Source of the DNA: Terriglobia bacterium
GTDB lineage: Bacteria > Acidobacteriota > Terriglobia > JAJPHL01 > JAPKYU01
DNA length: 64,000 bases
NCBI GenBank assembly: GCA_965206645.1
Contig: CBDBKE010000004.1
Span: 192,001 to 256,000, forward strand
Direction of reading: 5' to 3'
Made by a program: the position numbers and the translations under genes. Below, piece after piece: positions 28,844-39,078 of the stretch. Positions within the stretch are counted from its first letter, which is position 1. Each line of letters starts with the position of its first letter. The notes below the pieces were generated by a model, which saw only the letters and a program-made list of their open reading frames with translations, was not told where the DNA came from and did no database searches.

Positions 28844-30175
<1,332 letters not shown>

Positions 30176-30277
30176 TGCTGTGCCCGGCTGCTGTGACCGG
30201 CTGAGGATGTATTCCGCACCTGGCCGCCGGGACGGCGGTGCTACAAGCCAGTAGCAAGAGACATGCCGGACACGTTA

Positions 30278-30742
30278 CTAGCGAGTGGGCTGTGCCCGGA
30301 GGCGCGCGAGCGGGAAGTTATCTCTGGACACCGTGCGCAGAAAGCGGGGCGGGTGAAACACCAGCCAAAGCCCGAGCAGCGCGGCGGCCAGATTCATCGC
30401 CACGTCGTACACCGCCGGATGGCGAAACACAGAAAATAACTGGATCGTCTCGGAGGCCAGCGCGACACTGGCGCAACAGAAAACAGCGAGGCGGCGAGCG
30501 TCTCGGGCCACTTTTCTGAATGGAATCGTACTCAGCCCCAGCAAGAAAAAGGCCACGACATGATTGCTCTTGCGAAAAACGGTGTGCCCGAAGAGGGTGA
30601 GGTCGTCCTCGACGTCGACCGGCTTCCCCAAAAGTGATTCCACCATGGCCACATAAGCGCTGTCTCCAGTGACGAAGTCGGTCGAGTACACCAGGATGAC
30701 GACGCTCAGCACTGCAAAAGCGGCCCAGCTTCCCGCGTGCAT
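30278..30742 (-). CDS. VanZ family membrane protein
   Basis: RKSNHVVAFFLLG, ASETIQLF..FRHPAVYDVAMNLAAALLG. Confidence 0.8.
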   Translation of the reverse strand: MHAGSWAAFAVLSVVILVYSTDFVTGDSAYVAMVESLLGKPVDVEDDLTLFGHTVFRKSNHVVAFFLLGLSTIPFRKVARDARRLAVFCCASVALASETIQLFSVFRHPAVYDVAMNLAAALLGLWLVFHPPRFLRTVSRDNFPLARLRAQPTR

Positions 30743-30935
30743 AACAGCCTTGAGTTAGGCACTTCGCTAGCCAATTGCCGCCGCCGTGACATGCTTGCAA
30801 CTCTTTGAAAATTCGTGCAAGACCAGGGCGTTGTTAGACAGGATCATTCCTAAATGGGAAATTAGTTGTATTTTGGAACGCTACGCCCCCGCGCTGGCTA
30901 CAAATGGGGGGTGCGAATAGGGCCTGTTGGGCGGG
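30706..30935. repeat. Direct repeat copy B (vanZ 5' end, promoter region, DUF72 3' end)
   Basis: Aligns with 31824-32052, including identical blocks cagccttgagttaggcacttcgctagccaattgc and tcattcctaaatgggaaattagttgtatt. Confidence 0.92.
30759..30773 (-). promoter_or_regulatory. Putative sigma54 (-24/-12) promoter, duplicated at 31875-31889
   Basis: TGGC-tagcgaag-TGC with canonical GG-N10-GC spacing, identical in both copies; would give a very short leader. Confidence 0.35.
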
Positions 30936-30938
30936 AAG

Positions 30939-30973
30939 CTCGGAGGCCAGCGCGACACTGGCGCAGCAGAAAA
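30939..30973 (-). pseudogene. 35-bp internal fragment of vanZ
   Basis: Matches 30449-30483 at 34/35. Confidence 0.85.
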
Positions 30974-31225
30974 AAGGAGAGTCTTCCAACAAAATTGAAA
31001 CGAGGCTTGAACCTCAATGAGGCACTATCGCCATCAAGTGGAACGGCTGGAGGAGGAGGATGGCAGCGTACTACGAGACAGCTAGGTATTTAGCTCGCAG
31101 CAGCAAACCGAGCGCAGGGCTCGGCAGTTGATGGAGGAGGGCAGCTAGGCATGGGTCATCGCCCTGCCCGCCAATGGTTGCGATGGGCGGTAACTCTATC
31201 TATCGTGGCACATGGCAACGCCTTT

Positions 31226-31807
31226 TTAGGGGTCAAGCTTAATGCCGGTGCTAGGGACGGTGCCGTACAGCCAGCGTTTCATATGTTGGAGGTAGCGCCA
31301 GTGTGGGTCCAGTTTGCCGCCATGACCGACAAACTTCGGGTCCAACGCGAAGCGACTGGGCGCGATGAGCCACCACAGCAGATGGTCAGTCTCGTGCTCC
31401 CACAGTTGCCATTCGTCGGCGTGCTCGGCCGCAATCGAGATCTCCGGCATGTCTCCGGTGGGATCAAACACCGCGTATTCTTTCTTGCCGTTAGGGAGGA
31501 GCCTCGGGTACTCGCCGGGTACAAGCCGAAGTCGCAGCCGCTCGGGGGGCTCGATGTGCGTGTAGGTGTACTTTGGCCCGAGCGACTGAAACGCACTGGA
31601 GTAAACGAAGCGCCGCGCCCGCGACTGGTCATACGCCTTCCAGAAACGCTGGTAGGTGGCGCAGCGGTCGGCGGCGAAGATTTGCCAGCCTGTGGGTATC
31701 GAGTCGCACGCGGGCACCGCTGCGCTGGCCCTCACAACCCACAACAGCACCAGCAAGAAGAGTGCAAGGCGGCTAATCAATGAGGGTCTTTTGGTCCACG
31801 CGCCCAT
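31226..31807 (-). CDS. Secreted hypothetical protein with HExxH zincin-like motif
   Basis: Signal peptide ending ASA, WEHETDHLL, downstream VGHGG. Confidence 0.6.
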   Translation of the reverse strand: MGAWTKRPSLISRLALFLLVLLWVVRASAAVPACDSIPTGWQIFAADRCATYQRFWKAYDQSRARRFVYSSAFQSLGPKYTYTHIEPPERLRLRLVPGEYPRLLPNGKKEYAVFDPTGDMPEISIAAEHADEWQLWEHETDHLLWWLIAPSRFALDPKFVGHGGKLDPHWRYLQHMKRWLYGTVPSTGIKLDP

Positions 31808-31823
31808 TGATGATACCCGGCAG

Positions 31824-32052
31824 CAGCACCGCAAAGGCAGCCCAGCTTCCCCGCGCAAGACAGCCTTGAGTTAGGCACTTCGCTAGCCAATTGCTCTCGC
31901 TCTGGCGCGCTTGCAACTCTTTGAAAACTGGTTCGAGACCAAGCCGTGGTCAGACAGAGTCATTCCTAAATGGGAAATTAGTTGTATTTCGGAACGCTAC
32001 GGCCCCGCGACGGCTACAAAGGGGGGGCTGCGAATAGGGCCTGTTGAGCGGG
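31824..32052. repeat. Direct repeat copy A (degenerate vanZ 5' end, promoter region, DUF72 3' end)
   Basis: Partner of 30706-30935. Confidence 0.9.
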
Positions 32053-32925
32053 CCTCTCCGTCTCGGAAAACGACTCCAGTTCCGGGTAGACTTCAACCAA
32101 AGTCGCTGGTGCCTCGACCGGTTTGCCTAGCAGGATGCTGATCAGTTGCAGGGCGTTGGCGGCCGCCTTTCCCTGGTAGTGGTTGTTGGTAATGACGTAA
32201 GTGGTCTGCGCGCTGGCGGCCACCTGCTGGATCCGCTTTCGCCACGGCTCCAGTTCCCCCGGTGAGTAGAGGTAATTGTAGCGCTCATGCCGCGACTCGG
32301 TTTCGCCGTTGGCGAACCAGGACTGGTAATTGCGCCCGTGAAAGCGGATGTAGCCAATTCGGCCCGCGAGCACGGCGCTGGGGCCCATGCCGTGGGACAG
32401 CGTGGGTTGGTCAATATTGCAGAAGCCGGCGCCGTGTTCGTTCAAGAGTTCCAGGAAGGGTCGGGAGAGCCAGTCGCCGTGCCGCATCTCCACCACCATC
32501 GGGTAGTCGCGGAGGCGTTCCAGCAGCGCGCCCACATAGGCCCGGTTTTCCGGCGTGTGCTTGAAGGACCAGGGGAATTGAGCCAGCACCGCTCCTAATC
32601 GCCCCGACTCCATCAGCACGTCGGCCATGGCCCGGAAGGCTCGCTCCTCTTCGGGGCCGGCATTGCCGTCGTGGGTGAAGGAGCGGTGCAGTTTGGCAGT
32701 GAACAGGAACCGCTGGTTGTAAGCCACGCGCAGGGCCCACAGCCGGGCGTGCTCAGGGCGGACGGGCCGATAGAAGGAAGTGTTGATTTCCAGAGTGTCG
32801 AAGTACTGGGCCAGGTAGGCCGCCTGGTGGAAGCCGGGATGGCGGAGGCGCGGATAAACAGGGCCCACCCAGTCGGCGTAGGACCAGCCGGCGGTCCCAA
32901 CCTTGATCGTGGCCGGCAGCGGCAT
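32014..32925 (-). CDS. DUF72 domain-containing protein (YecE/YunF-like)
   Basis: VGTAGWSYADW, EINTSFYR, AQFPWSF, VEMRH, YIRFHGRN, RYNYLYS, NNHYQGKA. Confidence 0.93.
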   Translation of the reverse strand: MPLPATIKVGTAGWSYADWVGPVYPRLRHPGFHQAAYLAQYFDTLEINTSFYRPVRPEHARLWALRVAYNQRFLFTAKLHRSFTHDGNAGPEEERAFRAMADVLMESGRLGAVLAQFPWSFKHTPENRAYVGALLERLRDYPMVVEMRHGDWLSRPFLELLNEHGAGFCNIDQPTLSHGMGPSAVLAGRIGYIRFHGRNYQSWFANGETESRHERYNYLYSPGELEPWRKRIQQVAASAQTTYVITNNHYQGKAAANALQLISILLGKPVEAPATLVEVYPELESFSETERPAQQALFAAPPL

Positions 32926-32964
32926 CGCACCCCAAGCCTACCACAAGCCACAAGCTGCCAGCCC

Positions 32965-33870
32965 TTAAGCCTCAAACTTCATTTGCTTCAAGCCTTCCTC
33001 CAGCGTCCAGTGCTTCATACGGAAGGTCGTGAGCATCGGGGCGGTATCGCAAGTGGAGCCCTCTCGCATCATCGTCAACTGGTTGCGGGTCACCGGCGGG
33101 AAGGGAAGGAAACTTTCCAGAAACGCCGCGTTGATGTACATCAACCAAAAGGGTAAGTGAATTTTCCTCTTGCGAATGCTGGCTGCGTCGGCCAGTGCGT
33201 CCAGCATCTCCTCAATCGGCATGGCCCGTGGCCCCGCCAGGGCCACTTCGCGTCCTAGCGCCAAGTCGTTGGTGAGCGATTGGACGAAGCAATCCACCAC
33301 GTCCTCGATGTATATGGGCTGAACCGGGTACTGCCCGCTGCCAACAATAGGCCGCAGCGGCGCCTTGCGCATCAGTTCGAGCATGTGGGTGGTGAAGCCG
33401 TCGCCTGGGCCGTAAATCCCTGGCCCGTAAATTATGGAAGGGCGCAGAATGACCCAAGGGATGCCGCACGCCCGGACCGCCTCTTCCCCTTTCCACTTGG
33501 TCTTGTGGTAGGCGGCGACCGCGTTGGGGCGCGTGCCCAGCGCGCTCATGTGAACGAAGCGACGGATGCGGCTGGCTTTCGCCACAGCCACCACCTTGCG
33601 GGTGCCCTCGTGGTGGACGCGCTCGAACGTGGCTCCCTTCGCCTCGGCGATAGTCCCTACGAGGTGGATGACGGCGTCGCAACCTGGCATCACGTCCCGC
33701 AGGGAGGCTGCCTGCAGAATGTCGCCGGGGACATATTCGATGCCGGGCGCACTGGTCCTGGCCTTGCCCATCGAGCGCTCCAGTGCTCGCACTCTGTGGC
33801 CGGCGGCCAGTAGCCCTTTCACCAGGTGGCTCCCGACGAAGCCGGTGGCGCCAGTCAGGAACACGTTCAT
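32965..33870 (-). CDS. NDUFA9-like NAD-dependent epimerase/dehydratase (atypical SDR)
   Basis: TGATGFVG, IHLVG, HMSALG, YHKTK, LRPSIIYGPG, QPIYIEDV. Confidence 0.88.
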   Translation of the reverse strand: MNVFLTGATGFVGSHLVKGLLAAGHRVRALERSMGKARTSAPGIEYVPGDILQAASLRDVMPGCDAVIHLVGTIAEAKGATFERVHHEGTRKVVAVAKASRIRRFVHMSALGTRPNAVAAYHKTKWKGEEAVRACGIPWVILRPSIIYGPGIYGPGDGFTTHMLELMRKAPLRPIVGSGQYPVQPIYIEDVVDCFVQSLTNDLALGREVALAGPRAMPIEEMLDALADAASIRKRKIHLPFWLMYINAAFLESFLPFPPVTRNQLTMMREGSTCDTAPMLTTFRMKHWTLEEGLKQMKFEA

Positions 33871-34029
33871 CGAGCACCTCGGTTCCGCAACGTGCTACAT
33901 TGACACAGGTGCCGATTATGCCACGATTCGAGCGGGTGATCCTGATCGCGCTCAACATCTGCGGGATCGCGGAGAATCCGGGTGCAACTGGACTGCGGGA
34001 CCAGTTTTCTTGAGGAGGTGACCCGACTG

Positions 34030-34779
34030 ATGCGCGTTCCCCTGATCGCCGGCAATTGGAAAATGTACAAGACGCTCGCTGAGACCAAGCAGTTTTTCCT
34101 CGAGTTTCTGCCCCTGGTGGCCAATTCCACACATTCCGAGATTGCCATCGCCCCGCCGTTTACCGCTATCGGCACAGCGGTGGAGCTGGCCCGCGGCTCC
34201 CGCGTGGGCATCTCGGGGCAGGACATTTACTGGGAAAAGCAGGGCGCCTTTACTGGGCAGGTCTCCGCACCGATGCTGGCCGAAGCTGGCTGCCGCTTCG
34301 CCATTATTGGGCACTCAGAACGGCGCCAATACTTCGGGGAGACGGATCAGACAGTGAACAAGAAAATTCGTACCGCATTGGAGGCGGAGCTGGAAGCCAT
34401 CCTCTGCATCGGTGAGCTACTGAAGGAACGCGAGGCGGGCCGGACCGAAGCAGTGCTCAAGCAGCAGGGTGAAAAGGGCCTGGATGGTTTGACCGTTGCC
34501 GAACTTGCCCGTATAATTATCGCGTACGAGCCGGTGTGGGCCATCGGCACCGGACGGACGGCAACGCCGGAAATCGCTCAGAAGGCGCACGGGTTCATTC
34601 GTTCCGTCGTAGCAGCCGGTTTTGGCCGGGAGGCGGCAGACCGCCAGCGCATCCTCTACGGCGGCAGCGTCAAGCCGGACAACATCAAGGGCTTGATGGC
34701 CCAGGCCGACATTGATGGGGCGCTGGTAGGAGGTGCGAGTCTGGAGGCAAAGTCGTTTGCGGCAATTGTGAATTTCTAA
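34030..34779 (+). CDS. tpiA: Triosephosphate isomerase
   Basis: AGNWKM, IGHSERR, AYEPVWAIGTG, LYGGSVKP, LVGGASL. Confidence 0.98.
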   Translation: MRVPLIAGNWKMYKTLAETKQFFLEFLPLVANSTHSEIAIAPPFTAIGTAVELARGSRVGISGQDIYWEKQGAFTGQVSAPMLAEAGCRFAIIGHSERRQYFGETDQTVNKKIRTALEAELEAILCIGELLKEREAGRTEAVLKQQGEKGLDGLTVAELARIIIAYEPVWAIGTGRTATPEIAQKAHGFIRSVVAAGFGREAADRQRILYGGSVKPDNIKGLMAQADIDGALVGGASLEAKSFAAIVNF

Positions 34780-34803
34780 AGCGCAGGCCTGGACCGGAAC
34801 ACG

Positions 34804-35157
34804 ATGTATACGTTTCTGATCATCCTTCACGTGCTGGTTTGCCTGGTGCTGATCCTGGCGGTGCTGCTACAAAGCGGGAAGGCGGCCGACTTGGCCGGCG
34901 CCTTCGGCGGCATGGGCAGCCAGACGGCCTTTGGGCCACGCGGCGCTGCCACTCTGCTTTCCAAGGCAACCACCGCCTGTGCCGTCCTCTTCATGCTGAC
35001 TTCCCTGACGCTGACTATCATAGCCACGCAACGGGCCGGCCCAGGCTCAGTGCTGGAAGAGAGCGCGCTGGAAGAAACGACCGAACCGGCCGGCTCGGAA
35101 CAAGCGCCCCAGCTCGCGGCGCCGGTTCAGCCGCAACCGCAACCCCAGCCGCAGTAG
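34804..35157 (+). CDS. secG: Preprotein translocase subunit SecG
   Basis: VLLQSGKAADLAGAFGG.GSQTAFG, two TM helices; conserved tpiA-secG-tRNA-Leu synteny. Confidence 0.95.
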   Translation: MYTFLIILHVLVCLVLILAVLLQSGKAADLAGAFGGMGSQTAFGPRGAATLLSKATTACAVLFMLTSLTLTIIATQRAGPGSVLEESALEETTEPAGSEQAPQLAAPVQPQPQPQPQ

Positions 35158-35242
35158 TCCGGCAACGCCTGCGCCGTTAGAGTAACGCCAGAGTCCTCTC
35201 CCAACCGTGCAAGGAGGGTTTTCGCTGCTCGACTGAGGTTTC

Positions 35243-35251
35243 TGGTATAAT
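35243..35251 (+). promoter_or_regulatory. Extended -10 (TGgTATAAT) for tRNA-Leu
   Basis: Exact motif 20 bp upstream of the tRNA 5' end. Confidence 0.55.
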
Positions 35252-35270
35252 CGGGCCAAGTCCTTCAAGT

Positions 35271-35357
35271 GCGGAGGTGGCGGAACTGGCAGACGCACCA
35301 GCTTGAGGGGCTGGCGAGGGCAACCTCGTGGGGGTTCAAATCCCCCTCTCCGCACCA
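35271..35357 (+). tRNA. tRNA-Leu (anticodon GAG)
   Basis: GCGGAGG acceptor stem, D-loop ACTGGCAGA, anticodon arm CCAGC-TTGAGGG-GCTGG, long variable arm, GGTTCAAATCC, encoded CCA. Confidence 0.97.
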
Positions 35358-35469
35358 GCTTTCCCCTTTTGGGCCCAATTGGTCTGCTAGCACTCCAGCT
35401 CGTAACTCGAATAGGAACAGCACTCAAACAAAGGAGGAGCCCGCGGCAGAATCTACACAACGCGAATGG

Positions 35470-35733
35470 GTGAACGTAGGTGGCCATGTCAAGCAGCTTG
35501 ATGCAGAGTCTTGGGAGACCTACTGGAAGGAAATGCGTTCTAGTGAAGCGCTGGAGTTCATCAGAGATGCGAAGAGTGTCCTGTACAAGGCGAATCTCAT
35601 CGGCAAAGATTTTCGAATCGAGACCAAAATCGTTAATGCAGATGTTGTTGCTGGACCCATTGCATGCTGGACGCCCTTGGTGTTTCCCGAAGAGAAGTTG
35701 GCTCTGGCTACGATCTATCGACACCACCACTGA
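35470..35733 (+). CDS. Small hypothetical protein (~87 aa, start uncertain)
   Basis: Protein-like ORF VNVGGHVKQLDAESWETYWKEMRSSEALEFIRDAKSVL...ACWTPLVFPEEKLALATIYRHHH directly upstream of the methyltransferase. Confidence 0.45.
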   Translation: MNVGGHVKQLDAESWETYWKEMRSSEALEFIRDAKSVLYKANLIGKDFRIETKIVNADVVAGPIACWTPLVFPEEKLALATIYRHHH

Positions 35734-35830
35734 CGGTGGCGACGCCACGCGGCTGACGTTCCCCTCGCGCTCTCGCATGCCGAGGGCGCGCCAGTGGCCG
35801 GCGGCGCTGACTATGATGGAGTACGTCTGA

Positions 35831-36739
35831 ATGAGGGAGTGTGTCTCTGTCGCTCTGGATGTTGGAGCCAAGCTAATACTGTCCAGAGACACCCGTTGTA
35901 GGCGAAATGACGGCAACTGGGTTGTTCACTTCCGCGCCAACGCGCCGGCGAACATCGGCCTTGAGTTAAGCGACCAAGCCTTTCTGGCGCTTGTTTCGTT
36001 CGCCTCCGGTGCTGAACCTGCCGAGTACGACGACGAGGGGGACAGCCAGGTCTATCGAGAAGTTCTGAAACGGTTTGTCGACGCAGGCATTCTCCTCCCA
36101 ACAAGCTACAAGCTCGACGGCGAACGGGTCTCGCTGCCAATCTCTGAGATTCTGAGAGCTCGCGCCGCCATCGAGGTGGACCGTCTCTGGCTCCTTGAGC
36201 TCGAAGCGCTCCTGCTCTACCTGATGGCGCGTGAGAATCCGTTCACCGAGCCAGTATGCGAGCTAGGCAGTATGTTTGGGGGCTCGACCGTGATGCTGGC
36301 CTTGGGATGCCAGGCGAGTCGTCACGACAATCTCGTACTCGCAGTCGACGATCATGAGTGGCATCGGCACAGGGCGGGGGAAAACCTACCGGAATCAGTT
36401 GTCAGCGCTCTCCCCACAACGCTGCCCGACTTCGAGCGGACCATCCGAAAAGCGGGCGTCGCTGACAGCATCAAAGCGATCGTAGAGGATACCGTCACGG
36501 CGGCACGTGCGTATGATGGCAGGCTAAGTCTATTGTTCGTGGATTCGACGCATTCTTTGGAAGGGATCACACAAGATTTTGATGCTTGGTTCCCCAAGCT
36601 TGTCCCGGGCGGCATTGTGGCCTTTCACGACTATGGCAACAGCCGATGGCCAGACATAAAGGCAGCAGTCGATCAATTCCGGCCGAAGTTCTCAGAGTTC
36701 ACGTGCTACCAGACCTTGGCCATAGCCCGGAAGGGCTAG
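35831..36739 (+). CDS. Class I SAM-dependent methyltransferase (Methyltransf_24-like) with extra N-terminal domain
   Basis: VCELGSMFGGST, LAVDDH, LLFVDSTHSLEG, LVPGGIVAFHDY. Confidence 0.85.
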   Translation: MRECVSVALDVGAKLILSRDTRCRRNDGNWVVHFRANAPANIGLELSDQAFLALVSFASGAEPAEYDDEGDSQVYREVLKRFVDAGILLPTSYKLDGERVSLPISEILRARAAIEVDRLWLLELEALLLYLMARENPFTEPVCELGSMFGGSTVMLALGCQASRHDNLVLAVDDHEWHRHRAGENLPESVVSALPTTLPDFERTIRKAGVADSIKAIVEDTVTAARAYDGRLSLLFVDSTHSLEGITQDFDAWFPKLVPGGIVAFHDYGNSRWPDIKAAVDQFRPKFSEFTCYQTLAIARKG

Positions 36740-37059
36740 CCTGCCTGACCCTGGGCCGGTAGGATTGCGCTGAGAATGGGCTCTTAAAGGTGTTTTTCGC
36801 TGCGGGTAGCGTTATAGCTGCACCAGTTTAGCACCTGCATTTCCAATGGATTACAGCCTCTTTTTCTGGCTGTAGCAAAATATAGCAGTTTTGTGGACTG
36901 ACCGCATGAGGCTCAGAATCCGTTCCTGCCGATGTACAATCCACTTGACGTGAATGTTGTCTGGCCACCCGCGCATTGATTCCCAAGGTGTCGGCTACAT
37001 CGGCAAACGTGCCGCCCGTGTTCAAATCATCGCAGGCGAGGGTTGTCGGCAGCGATGTA

Positions 37060-37101
37060 CAAGGCTGGGCAGAGGGAGCGAACGCAGAATAGTTAGGCTG
37101 C
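37060..37101 (+). repeat. ~42-bp repeat ending in GTTAGGC (second copy 46357-46397)
   Basis: caaggctgggcagagggagcgaacgcagaatagttaggctgc vs caaggctggg-agatgtagcgagcgcacgatagttaggccgc. Confidence 0.6.
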
Positions 37102-37187
37102 CCTAAGAAGATCTGGAAAAGGCGTTCCAGGCCGCAGGCTGGACTGAAGCGGCCGCACTAGGAGTCCGAACCGGCCTCAAGACTTTC

Positions 37188-37595
37188 GTGGCGACCATGC
37201 GGAACAGTGGCTACCACAAGGCCCCCTTTTCTCTCCTGTTTCTGGATGGGGATAAGCCCGTCTATGAATACCAGAAGGGCCTCAACACATTCGCCAAACG
37301 GCATCACCTTCGGGCATTCAAGCGACACCGAAAATACAAGGGGCAGCAAGTCTGGGTCGCCTCTGCCACTCACGACACCGGGATTAGGGTTCGACGGAAA
37401 GGGACGGATTGGTATCACATCATCGACCCCCGAATCGACCGCGAGCGAACCAAGATTGCCAACGACCTTCTATTTACGCGAATTGCCACCGCTCATGCGC
37501 TGGTGGACCGACCGCAGGCGCCGCGGGAAACCACAAACGGCACCGGGGATAAAATCCTCACCGACGGCAAGATGCAGGTTTTGTTCTTCGACTGA
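37188..37595 (+). pseudogene. LssY C-terminal domain fragment
   Basis: LFLDG..P...YQK..NTFAKRHHLR, WVASATHDTGI, H.IDPRIDRER, TDG; 5' part missing. Confidence 0.7.
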
Positions 37596-37897
37596 CTCCT
37601 ACAGGCCCAGAATTCCCTGTTGTCCATGGTAGAAGAGCCCGGCCAGCGCGCCCGTCATGAGTGTGGCCAGAGTAGAACCCGCCAGCGCCCGAAACGCCAG
37701 AGCAGCGAGATCGTTCCTGCGAGAAGGAACCAGAGCGGCAATGCCTCCGACAAAGATCCCCATGGAAGCGACGTGGGCAAAACCGCACAGCGCGTACGAG
37801 AGGACTAGCAGCGCTCTGGGAGAGAGGGCCTTTGCGGCGCCCATTTCTCCCAACTGCTGGTAGGCTACTGACCTGCCGGCTTTCTTCGGACCACCGA

Positions 37898-38820
37898 TTA
37901 CTGGAGAACAGCGCCAGTCGGCATGGTTAAGTCGCTCTCGTGTTCTTCTTGGTCAGCGTGAGCCGGCATCGCCGGCGAGCGCCCACCGTCATCCGAGCCA
38001 GCACGGAGCTGCGCTTTGAACTCGGCTGGCGTCAGATAGCCAAGGCTCGAGTGCGGTCGCACGTCGTTGTAGTGCCGTCGCCATTGCTCGATCCCCACCT
38101 TCGCGTCCACGCGGTTCCGAAACCACTGCAGGCTCAGATACTCGTCGCGGAACTTCCCGTTGAACGATTCGTCGGTCGCATTCTGCCACGGCTTGCCCGG
38201 CTCGATGAGCGCGGTTTCGATCTGCGCCTGGAGCAGCCACCGGAAAATCGCACCCGCGACAAACTCGGGGCCGTTGTCGGACCGGAGGTAACGTGGGGCT
38301 CCGTGGACGCTCACGAGCTGCGTGAGCACCTCGATAACGCGCCCGGACCGAATGCCGCCGGCCACGTCGATCGCGAGTGACTCGCGGGTCCATTCGTCGA
38401 CGACGGTGAGGCACTTGAGCGTCTGCCCATTCGCGCAGGTGTCGAACACGAAGTCGTACGCCCAGACGTGATTGACCGCAGTGGCGGGCACCGGGCGGGG
38501 CCGGCTCAGGGCGACCCGGCGCCGCGGCCGCCGCCGAGGCACCTGCAACCCCGCCTGGCGCCAGAGGCGATGGGTCCGGTCCGTGCTCATCGTGTGCCCT
38601 TCGCGTTTTAGGAAAATCCGAATCCGGCGATAGCCGTACCGCGGATACTGCGCCGCCAGACGACGCATCGCGGCCAGCGCCGGGGCATCCCGGTCGACCA
38701 GCCGCGACTGGTAGCCCAGCGTGGACCGTGCGACGGAGAGCAAGGCGCACGCGCGGCGACCCGACAGACCGCGTGCACGTGCATACGCGACCTGCGGCCG
38801 GCGCACGCGTGCGCCTACCA
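37898..38820 (-). CDS. IS3 transposase OrfB (integrase core)
   Basis: [57 protein letters not shown]. Confidence 0.92.
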
Positions 38821-39078
38821 TTTTTTTCGGGTGATCTCCTTGAGCACGTCGATCTCCAGATCTCGATCGGCCACCATCTTTTTCAGCCGGCCGTTCTCCT
38901 GCTCGAGCTGCCGCAGCCGCTTCACATCGGCGGGCTCCAACGTGCCGAAGTGTTTCCGCCAGGCGTAGAGCGTCTGGGCGCTGACGCCGTTCTTTTTGGC
39001 CACCTCCGGAACGGGCCGCTGATCGGCCTCGCGGAGGATCGTCACCATCTGCTCTTCGGTAAACCGGGTCTTCTTCAT
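38815..39078 (-). CDS. IS3 transposase OrfA; A7 slippery site for -1 frameshift at 38821-38827
   Basis: MKKTRFTEEQMVTILRE...RLRQLEQENGRLKK...RKKW ending in CGAAAAAAATGG. Confidence 0.92.
   Translation of the reverse strand: MKKTRFTEEQMVTILREADQRPVPEVAKKNGVSAQTLYAWRKHFGTLEPADVKRLRQLEQENGRLKKMVADRDLEIDVLKEITRKKW

Noticed and set aside
31151-31783. 210-aa plus-strand ORF opposite the HExxH gene
   Set aside because: The minus-strand ORF has a signal peptide, a motif and the operon orientation; the plus ORF has none
35269-35469. ORF 35269-35733 starting inside the tRNA
   Set aside because: The first part is a translation of tRNA-Leu; only the distal part is considered coding
36828-37025. 65-aa ORF with a faint HTH-like segment (TFADVADTLGI)
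   Set aside because: Too short, TTG start, no supporting context
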